Of a DNA stretch of 64,000 bases, positions 25,861 to 32,761 are shown one piece after another. This stretch comes from Patescibacteria group bacterium (GTDB lineage: Bacteria > Patescibacteriota > JABMPQ01 > JAQVVF01). How positions within the stretch are numbered: position 1 is the stretch's first letter; each line of letters begins with the position of its first letter. Both the position numbers and the translations under genes were made by a program. The notes below the pieces were generated by a model, which was given only the letters and a program-made list of their open reading frames with translations, was not told the DNA's origin and made no database searches. The DNA lies in contig JAQVVF010000002.1 in assembly GCA_028699085.1 (NCBI GenBank), positions 68,557 through 132,556 on the forward strand. The letters run 5' to 3'.

Positions 25861-25906
25861 TAAAAACAAATCACAAATCATGAACTGTATGTAATCTTAT
25901 AATATC

Positions 25907-26977
25907 TTAATTTATAGCTATATTCTCAATAATTCTTACAATATTTACCAAATCAGCTATTTTAATTTTCTCTTTTACACTATGACATTTTTCCCGACCA
26001 TAACCAATACTCAAAGACTCAATTCCTTTTTCACAAAAAACATTTGCATCTGTCGCTCCCATTCTCTTTTCATATGCTACTTTCAATCCCGACTTTCTAA
26101 TACCCTTTGAAATCATTTCGACTAAAGCGCTGTCTTTTTTATAATTATATCCAACAACTTCCTGCATTTTTTTCAATTCATATTTAGCATTGAATTTTTT
26201 ACAGCTATTTTTTAATTTTTTTTCTAATATTCCAATTTGTTTTTTAAAAATATTTTTATCAATCGCCCGAATCTCACCAACAAAATTTATTTCATCACAG
26301 ATTACATTTCCGCCTCTGCCACCAGAAACAACACCAATATTTGAAACACAATATTTGCTAATCCTGCCCGGCTTCCACATATTAATAAATTCTGCAAGAC
26401 AATTAATCGAATTCACGCCTTCTTCTGGCGCGCGCGAGTGCGCCATTTTTCCAATTACCTTACCCGAAAAACTCTGAATATATGGAGCGCCACAAGTTAT
26501 AAAGCCACAACGCGATGAACTATCAATAATTACTGCTCTCTTTGATTTCAAATTTTCGAAAACTAAATTCCTTGCTCCAACGCATCCAATTTCCTCCTGC
26601 ACTGTAAAAATCAATTCCAATGGCCGTACATTTTTTTGTTTTCGTAAATTTTTAACTGCCAACAAAATACCTGCAACACCGGCTTTATCATCAGCTCCCA
26701 AAATTGTCCTCCCATCGCTTCTGATAACACTATTTTTAATTATTGGCTTAATATTTTTTCCCGGCGAAACTGTATCCATATGAGCCGACAAAATTATTGG
26801 CTCGCCTCTGCCTTTTGTTTTTGCAATCACATTGCCGATTTTATCTTGCTTTGCTTTAATTTTAATTTTTTTTAAATAATCAATAATAAAATCAGCAACC
26901 TTTTTTTCATTGCCAGTTTCACTATTAATTTTTACTAGTTTCAAAAAAACTCTTACAACTTCAAGATCTCTCTTCAT
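25907..26977 (-). CDS. M20-family metallopeptidase/amidohydrolase (PepT/ArgE/DapE-like)
   Basis: SAHMDTV, LGADDKAGVAGIL and TVQEEIGCVGA metal-ligand motifs. Host-like AT-rich composition and no SD. Confidence 0.8.
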   Translation of the reverse strand: MKRDLEVVRVFLKLVKINSETGNEKKVADFIIDYLKKIKIKAKQDKIGNVIAKTKGRGEPIILSAHMDTVSPGKNIKPIIKNSVIRSDGRTILGADDKAGVAGILLAVKNLRKQKNVRPLELIFTVQEEIGCVGARNLVFENLKSKRAVIIDSSSRCGFITCGAPYIQSFSGKVIGKMAHSRAPEEGVNSINCLAEFINMWKPGRISKYCVSNIGVVSGGRGGNVICDEINFVGEIRAIDKNIFKKQIGILEKKLKNSCKKFNAKYELKKMQEVVGYNYKKDSALVEMISKGIRKSGLKVAYEKRMGATDANVFCEKGIESLSIGYGREKCHSVKEKIKIADLVNIVRIIENIAIN

Positions 26978-26993
26978 AAAAAATAATTAAATA

Positions 26994-27021
26994 ATTATAT
27001 CTTAAATTTAATAATTCTCAA
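26994..27021 (-). promoter_or_regulatory. Candidate promoter for the M20 gene
   Basis: On the minus strand, TTGAGA (27021-27016), a 16-nt spacer, then TATAAT (26999-26994). Confidence 0.4.
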
Positions 27022-27045
27022 AAAAAGGATTAACTAATTTCTTAA

Positions 27046-28767
27046 TTAATCCATAAAAGAACAACTTGTCATTGCCGAATTAGATCGGCCATGAACAATA
27101 TAACCATCAGAGATTGGAATGCAAGTCACTGTATTTCCGCCAAAACTAGAGCTATTTGCATCATTATCAAGCCAATACCAAACACAAATTCTCGTCCGCA
27201 CATTTTCTTTGTCCGCCTTTTTATTAGCTGGATCAAAAATCATCATTTCATCAATTACCATCTCGCAATATTCTTGAGCAATAACAGTTCGTTGTTTTGC
27301 CATTTCCGCAAATGTTTTCACTAGCTTTCTCCATGTACTCCGCATCATCCCCTTACTAATTGCCACAGCATGTCCGCCAGCAGCTTTGTTATCACCACCC
27401 GACAACTTCAGCACTACTTCCGCATCCAATCTTTTTCTAGCCTGTCTAATTTTTACAAACCAATTTTCTCGACCAGACATCACAAAAATTTCTCGCCCAA
27501 CATTTTTAAACATTGTTACCATCTTTGTGGATTCAGGATCAGCCATTTTCCATCCTCTCGTTGACTTTGCCAAAGCCATCAAAGACTTCAAATCTCCCAA
27601 TCCTAAAAATATCTTTTTTCCTAGTTCCAAATCTTTTTTATCTCCCAACTCACGAAAACCAATCAGTTGCAAATTATTATCAAAAGCAAACCAATATTCC
27701 CGAATCTGCATATCTGAAAGTTCCTGCATTGATTCATTAGAATATTCAACGCCCTTCCAAATAAAATTGTTTCCTTTCCAAACAACTGTATAGGCAAAAA
27801 AATTTTTCAATTCAACAAAACCATCGCTTCCCAAAAATTTGATCCATTCTTCATTCAAACGCTCATCAAATAACCATGCCATCAATTCTTTATAATCCAA
27901 AAAAGTCAGCAGATTTGGATGCAGTAAAACTTTGCCATCAAAATAGGCATCAATAATCTTCTTTTCAATATCTGCTGCAAATACTGCCATCCTGTTTTTC
28001 TGTAAATCATTTTTGTCAATTTCAGAATATTCTTTGAAGACTCTTTCCACCAAATCAAGTTTTTTGCCTTTCAAATAAACTCCATCATCTTTGACTTCTG
28101 CCAGAAAAGATATCCCAAACAAAAAAGTCAAACCAAATTCTTTTCCGTATTCTTCAAACAGCTTTGTCAAAGCCTGCTGTTCCGGACCATAACCATCGCG
28201 CCAAGGAGTCAAAAGAATTCCCACATTTCCGCCATTTGGCAACAAATCATGGATAGCTTCGACATACTTTTTGGCAATTGGCTCAAAAAATTTTTTGTCA
28301 GGGAAAAAATTACGCGAAATAATATCAATTACTGCTCCATAACCAGAACCAGTTGCACCCAAAGTAAATTCATTAATCTTCAATCCTTCAGCAGTTCTGA
28401 TTGCATCAATCCGAATTCTTTTTGCCAAAATTACGTTTTTTCTTTCCAATTCTTTTTTCCAAATCTCAATCTGCAATTTTGACCGACCGCAACACAAATC
28501 CTGCCACAGCCAAGAATATTCGCCATTGCTTGATCTCCTCGCCAAATCAACACAACCTCTCAAAAATCTTGGAATCAGATCTTCAAGCCTTTTCAAAGTT
28601 GCAATCTCTCCACAAGTCAAAGCATAAGTTTCCAGCCCAATTCTTGCCGTATAATTTTTTGGCATAGTCCCAATTTTTCCCCAATAAAGACCTTGTTCCA
28701 AATATTCCTTTTCCATTTGCCTACCCAAATCATCATAATCAAACAGCTGTCTGCTCGTTCCCTGCAT
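27046..28767 (-). CDS. Glutathionylspermidine-synthetase-like / circularly permuted ATP-grasp amide ligase (573 aa)
   Basis: RIRIDAIRTAEGLKINEFT parallels R.D......G..KLLE.N. HPNLLTFLDYKELMAWLF parallels P.......NKALL.LLW. VVLKLSGGDNKAAGGHAVAI parallels V.KP...REG..V. VIAQEY parallels the hinge. All parallels are to GSP-synthase family members (E. coli YgiC/Gss) recalled from memory. AGGAGAG lies 6 nt upstream of the ATG. Confidence 0.55.
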   Translation of the reverse strand: MQGTSRQLFDYDDLGRQMEKEYLEQGLYWGKIGTMPKNYTARIGLETYALTCGEIATLKRLEDLIPRFLRGCVDLARRSSNGEYSWLWQDLCCGRSKLQIEIWKKELERKNVILAKRIRIDAIRTAEGLKINEFTLGATGSGYGAVIDIISRNFFPDKKFFEPIAKKYVEAIHDLLPNGGNVGILLTPWRDGYGPEQQALTKLFEEYGKEFGLTFLFGISFLAEVKDDGVYLKGKKLDLVERVFKEYSEIDKNDLQKNRMAVFAADIEKKIIDAYFDGKVLLHPNLLTFLDYKELMAWLFDERLNEEWIKFLGSDGFVELKNFFAYTVVWKGNNFIWKGVEYSNESMQELSDMQIREYWFAFDNNLQLIGFRELGDKKDLELGKKIFLGLGDLKSLMALAKSTRGWKMADPESTKMVTMFKNVGREIFVMSGRENWFVKIRQARKRLDAEVVLKLSGGDNKAAGGHAVAISKGMMRSTWRKLVKTFAEMAKQRTVIAQEYCEMVIDEMMIFDPANKKADKENVRTRICVWYWLDNDANSSSFGGNTVTCIPISDGYIVHGRSNSAMTSCSFMD

Positions 28768-28814
28768 TTTTTTCTCTCCTGCCTACATTTTTGTAGGCCC
28801 TGGTTGTAAAGAAC

Positions 28815-28841
28815 AATCAAAAACCGGCTTTTAGAGCCGGT
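28815..28841 (-). terminator. Rho-independent terminator (module 1), 47 nt upstream of the ligase ATG
   Basis: ACCGGCT (28823-28829) pairs with AGCCGGT (28835-28841). On the minus strand it is followed by TTTTTGATTG. Confidence 0.7.
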
Positions 28842-28868
28842 CTTTGCACAATATAATTTCTTTAAAAA

Positions 28869-28955
28869 TTATCTTATATAATACAAAAATCGACTCATAA
28901 AAATGAAATGATAATGCCATGAATAAAATTTAAATTGTTGACTGATACTTAACAT
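28869..28955 (-). CDS. Candidate 28-aa mini-ORF (module 1)
   Basis: Hand translation gives MLSISQQFKFYSWHYHFIFMSRFLYYIR. It is paralogous to the mini-ORF at 29082..29156. There is no SD, so coding status is unproven. Confidence 0.3.
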   Translation of the reverse strand: MLSISQQFKFYSWHYHFIFMSRFLYYIR

Positions 28956-29028
28956 ATATATACTTAATTGCTTATATTCGTACGATTAGTTGCAGTTGCA
29001 GTTGCATTCGCAATATTAATAAGATGAA

Positions 29029-29057
29029 AACAAAAACTGGCCCAGATATTGAGCCAG
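29029..29057 (-). terminator. Rho-independent terminator (module 2)
   Basis: The minus-strand CTGGCTC-AATATCT-GGGCCAG forms a 7-bp stem with one G-U pair, followed by TTTTTG. Confidence 0.65.
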
Positions 29058-29081
29058 CTTTTTAAAAAAATTATTTAAAAT

Positions 29082-29156
29082 TTATACAATAAAAAGTCGA
29101 CTCAATAATCTTGAATGCCAGTAATGTGTATAAAATTGTCGGCTAATATTTTTCAT
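29082..29156 (-). CDS. Candidate 24-aa mini-ORF (module 2)
   Basis: Hand translation gives MKNISRQFYTHYWHSRLLSRLFIV. The ATG lies 8 nt after a consensus -10, so the transcript would be near-leaderless. Coding status is unproven. Confidence 0.3.
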   Translation of the reverse strand: MKNISRQFYTHYWHSRLLSRLFIV

Positions 29157-29164
29157 AATAATAT

Positions 29165-29192
29165 ATTATATAACACCTACATCTTTTGTCAA
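29165..29192 (-). promoter_or_regulatory. Consensus sigma-70-type promoter driving module 2
   Basis: On the minus strand, TTGACA (29192-29187), a 16-nt spacer, then TATAAT (29170-29165). Confidence 0.6.
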
Positions 29193-29210
29193 TATAACTT
29201 ATCAACAGGC

Positions 29211-29693
29211 CTATTCTGTTCCTTTTTCTTTTTCAGAATATAAATAATCATAATCTATTTTTTTGTATTTAAATAATTCATCATTATTAAAAAATCTGAA
29301 TACTTCTTTCTCCGTATTTTCAGGACTATCGGAAGCATGAACAATGTTGCTTGAACCAGATATACATAAATCGCCTCTGATACTTCCAGCATCAGCTTCA
29401 TAGCCCTTTGTTGGTCCAACTAGCAAGCGAACAGCTGATATCGCATTATAACCTTCCAAAACTGCAGCAACACAAGGCGCACTTTTCATAAAACCCTTTA
29501 AGTCATTAAAAAAAGGCTTGTCCTTATGATGAGCATAATGTTCATCTAATAATACATCGCTTAATTGCATCATTTTCAATGCTGTAATTTTCAATCCTTT
29601 TTTTTCAAAACGAGAAATCACTTCACCTAAAAGATTTCTTTGCAAACCATCTGGTTTTATGATAACTAATGTTCTTTCAATTTTGTCTGGCAT
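29211..29693 (-). CDS. ndk: Nucleoside diphosphate kinase (with a short C-terminal extension)
   Basis: ERTLVIIKPDGLQRNLLGEVISRFEKKGLKI...NIVHASDS (active-site His region). Confidence 0.93.
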   Translation of the reverse strand: MPDKIERTLVIIKPDGLQRNLLGEVISRFEKKGLKITALKMMQLSDVLLDEHYAHHKDKPFFNDLKGFMKSAPCVAAVLEGYNAISAVRLLVGPTKGYEADAGSIRGDLCISGSSNIVHASDSPENTEKEVFRFFNNDELFKYKKIDYDYLYSEKEKGTE

Positions 29694-29711
29694 AAAATTG
29701 TTTTATTTAAT

Positions 29712-31016
29712 TTAACCTTTAATTTTGTCCATTAATTTTCTTAACTTTTTCAAAATCCTGAACTGTCCATCTTCCATAAAAAAATCTTTCAAATTTATTT
29801 CTTTATTCAATCCTCTTTTTATTCTCTTTCTCCAAGAAGACTGCTCATGTGATTCTATTGTTTCAAGATACAGATTTAATAATTTCTGAGTTTGATTTTG
29901 GATCGAAAATAATTTTGCTAGTTCTAAAGACTTTGTCGACATTTTAGCACGTAAATCTGGATTTCGCAACAACTCTAAAACTTTTTCAGAATATAAATCT
30001 GAATCATCATTTGGAATTTCAAAACCATTCTCTAAATCCGCCACAACTGAAGTCAAACCTTCATCCTTCAACATTACAATTGGCAAACCAGAAGCTGCTG
30101 CTTCCAACAAAACCAAACTTTGAGTATCAGTCTTCGATGCAAAAACAAAAAATTCTGCATCTGCAAAACATTTTGGCACTTCATCTCGATTCGCAAATCC
30201 GCCAAAAATAACTCTGTCTTGCAATTTCATTTTTTCAAATTCATTTTTTAAATCATCTAAACTTGGTCCAGAACCGATTATCGCCATCACGCAATTTTCA
30301 TCTTCTTTAGCTACTTTTTCAAACATCTCCGCTAAAAACATCGGATTCTTGGGAAGAGCCACTCTGCCCAAATACATTATTATTTTCTTGTCAGCTGGAA
30401 TATTAAACTTTGATCTTAAATATTTTTTTTCAACATTACTAAATTTATCCAACTCAATTCCAGTCTGAATAACTGAAATATCATTTTTTACTCCATATTC
30501 TTGCAACATTTTTTTAACTTTTTCCGAAGGCGAAATTAAAGCATCGCATCTTTGGCTATAAAAAACTGAGATATCTTTTGCCAAGCTCATCACTGCTTTA
30601 TCCATCCTATACCAATTTTTAAATAATGAATGACCTGTATATTTTTCATAAAGCGTATGATAAGTATGGACAACTGGAATATTATAAAATAATGCTACAA
30701 TACTTGCATACATTCCCATATAAAATGGCGTATGAGAATGAACTATGTCAATTTTAAATTTATAAAAATCATGAAAAATCGGAGGTAGATTTGGAAGCGT
30801 CATTGTGAATTCCGAAAATACATCTTGCTTCAATGATTCAATACGATAAACTCTTGGACCATCTTTTGGAACATTTCCATTTTCATCTTTTAATAATGGC
30901 GCAAAAATAAAAACCTGATGACCTTGTTTTTCCAGTTCATCTTTGAATAAATCTATTGAGTTCGCAACACCAGAGACATAAGGATGATAGGTGTCTGTAA
31001 AAAATGCTATATTCAC
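29712..31016 (-). CDS. Family 4 (GT-B) glycosyltransferase; GTG start
   Basis: NIAFFTDTYHPYVSGV N-terminus and a C-terminal E..GL...EA...G.P motif (LLEAAASGLPIV). The start codon is GTG at 31016-31014. Confidence 0.85.
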   Translation of the reverse strand: MNIAFFTDTYHPYVSGVANSIDLFKDELEKQGHQVFIFAPLLKDENGNVPKDGPRVYRIESLKQDVFSEFTMTLPNLPPIFHDFYKFKIDIVHSHTPFYMGMYASIVALFYNIPVVHTYHTLYEKYTGHSLFKNWYRMDKAVMSLAKDISVFYSQRCDALISPSEKVKKMLQEYGVKNDISVIQTGIELDKFSNVEKKYLRSKFNIPADKKIIMYLGRVALPKNPMFLAEMFEKVAKEDENCVMAIIGSGPSLDDLKNEFEKMKLQDRVIFGGFANRDEVPKCFADAEFFVFASKTDTQSLVLLEAAASGLPIVMLKDEGLTSVVADLENGFEIPNDDSDLYSEKVLELLRNPDLRAKMSTKSLELAKLFSIQNQTQKLLNLYLETIESHEQSSWRKRIKRGLNKEINLKDFFMEDGQFRILKKLRKLMDKIKG

Positions 31017-31109
31017 GTTAAAAAAGTTAAAAGTTAAAAGTTAAAAGTTAAAAGTTAAAAGTTAAAAGTTAAAAGTTAAAATTAAAAAGTTAAAAGTTAA
31101 AAGTTACAA
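31017..31109. repeat. Heptanucleotide tandem array (GTTAAAA)n of about 13 units, abutting the GT4 start codon
   Basis: 8 perfect units at 31026-31081, flanked by degenerate units (31017-25, 31082-88, 31089-31109). A partially complementary T/A-rich segment (TTTTTACTT-type) lies at 31132-31172. Confidence 0.9.
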
Positions 31110-31174
31110 ATCGAAAGTCGTCATCATTCCTTTTTATTTTTTACTTGCAGTTTTTTACTTTTTACTTTTGACTT

Positions 31175-31891
31175 CTATCTTATGTCGACAAAATCACTTG
31201 GCTGTTTTTTTAAAATAAAAACATTCCAATAATTTTTGATGTGAAACCATAAAAATTTAAAAAATCCCTTCTGAAAACGTCTTGGAGATGTATACACAAA
31301 AATCTTTGGATCAAAAACAACTTTACCATATTTTTTTAATTTCTGGCCTAGATATATATCTTCTGCTGATTTTAGATTCAAATCATATCCGCCAGCTTTT
31401 TCAAAAAAATCTTTTCGATATGCAAAATTCATTCCCGTCACATTATCTTTTCCAAATAATCTCGATATGTGCAAAAACAAAGTATAAATATATCTTGCTA
31501 GAAATCTTAAATAAAATGGACCACCGTTCATTCTTACACTGCCATAAAACAAGACCGCATTATTTTCTTCAAAATATTTGCTAATTTGACTAAGCCAGTT
31601 TTTTGGATAAACCGTGTCAGCATCGCAACTAACAATAATATCACCTTGTGCAATTTTAGCTCCAGATTGCCTAGCATAAGACACGCCTTTTCTGTTTTCT
31701 TTAACAATCTTTAAATTAGAAAAATTATGTTTTTTTGCTACATCCAAAACAACGCCTTCAGTATTATCAGTGCAAGCATTCAAGCTAATAATTAATTCAT
31801 AATCAACAAAATCTTGACTGACCAATGATTCAACGCAAGGTCTAATATATTTTTCTTCATTATATGCTGGAACAACAATCGAAATTTTCAT
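31175..31891 (-). CDS. Family 2 (GT-A) glycosyltransferase
   Basis: ISIVVPAYNEEKYI...DCDADTVYP (DxD region). Confidence 0.88.
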   Translation of the reverse strand: MKISIVVPAYNEEKYIRPCVESLVSQDFVDYELIISLNACTDNTEGVVLDVAKKHNFSNLKIVKENRKGVSYARQSGAKIAQGDIIVSCDADTVYPKNWLSQISKYFEENNAVLFYGSVRMNGGPFYLRFLARYIYTLFLHISRLFGKDNVTGMNFAYRKDFFEKAGGYDLNLKSAEDIYLGQKLKKYGKVVFDPKIFVYTSPRRFQKGFFKFLWFHIKNYWNVFILKKQPSDFVDIR

Positions 31892-31903
31892 GATCGAAAT
31901 TAA

Positions 31904-32761
31904 TTATAATTTGTTGCAATTAATTTTAATTCCATCTCCAACACATTTTATATCTTCATCCAGATCAGTCCTAAAAACTTTAATGCCTGAATTATTCAAG
32001 TTATCCAAAGTAGTTTGATGCGGATGATGATAAGAATTTTTCAAACCTACCATAATTATACCATAATTCGATGCAACTTTTTCCAAAAAATCCACTGAAC
32101 TTGAATACTTGCTTCCGTGATGCCCAACTTTCAAAATATCACTCTTTAAATCTGCGTTATTATTCAAAATTTCTTTTTCAATTTCCATTCCTGCATCACC
32201 TGTCATCATAATCGAATTTTGTCCATAAATCAACCTTAAAACAATTGAAGAATTATTCAAATCATCACTTTCAACATTATTGATTGGCGCTAATATTTTT
32301 ATTGTTGTTTGACCCAACAAAACCTCATCTCCAGCTTTAACATTCTTTGAAACAATATTTTTTTCTTTAATTAAATTTAATAGTTCCAGATATCCAGCAT
32401 AATCATTTTTAGTTCCATAATATAACACCTCGCCAACATCATATCTTTTTAAAATATCAACTAAACCATCGACATGGTCGCTATGTCCATGACTTAGAAT
32501 TACTAATTCAATTTTTTTATCATAATATGGCATTATTTCTCCTAATTTTGACAGCACTTTACTACCCGGCCCACCATCAATCAAAATATCTTGAGAATCA
32601 GCAGTTCGAAAATAACTAGCATCACCTTGTCCTACATCAAAAAAATAAGCAGTTAATTTTTGATCATTACCTTTAAATACCATTGGCCACAAAACAATGT
32701 TTAACAATCCAAATACCACCATTACGCTATATGCAAATTTTTTATTTTTAATTTTAACCAT
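31904..32761 (-). CDS. comEC: ComEC C-terminal metallo-beta-lactamase module encoded as a separate ORF
   Basis: LSHGHSDHVDG motif and the GHHGS region. Its ATG overlaps the stop of the upstream ComEC membrane module (TAATG). Confidence 0.8.
   Translation of the reverse strand: MVKIKNKKFAYSVMVVFGLLNIVLWPMVFKGNDQKLTAYFFDVGQGDASYFRTADSQDILIDGGPGSKVLSKLGEIMPYYDKKIELVILSHGHSDHVDGLVDILKRYDVGEVLYYGTKNDYAGYLELLNLIKEKNIVSKNVKAGDEVLLGQTTIKILAPINNVESDDLNNSSIVLRLIYGQNSIMMTGDAGMEIEKEILNNNADLKSDILKVGHHGSKYSSSVDFLEKVASNYGIIMVGLKNSYHHPHQTTLDNLNNSGIKVFRTDLDEDIKCVGDGIKINCNKL

Noticed and set aside
27091-28667. Several plus-strand ORFs of 64-135 aa inside the ligase gene
   Set aside because: They are antisense shadows of the 573-aa ORF, which has an SD and ordered ATP-grasp-like motifs.
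28869-29156. Type I toxin peptides
   Set aside because: The peptides are polar and aromatic (S, Q, H, R, Y) without a continuous hydrophobic helix. An antisense promoter can be imagined (TTGACT at 28938) but is weak in AT-rich sequence.
28815-29192. Classic leader-peptide attenuation as the firm explanation for the mini-ORF modules
   Set aside because: I could not find a convincing antiterminator alternative pairing with the 5' half of either terminator stem. The aromatic bias could arise from AT-rich codons. It is kept only as one hypothesis.
23718-29210. Classical tRNA-targeted integrative island or prophage
   Set aside because: There is no integrase, excisionase or transposase, and no repeat of the tRNA 3' end. 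The foreign-looking block also lies on the 5' side of the tRNA rather than the 3' side. It is described only as an accessory block.
31017-31109. CRISPR array
   Set aside because: The repeat unit is 7 nt with no spacers, so it is a microsatellite. No cas genes are present.
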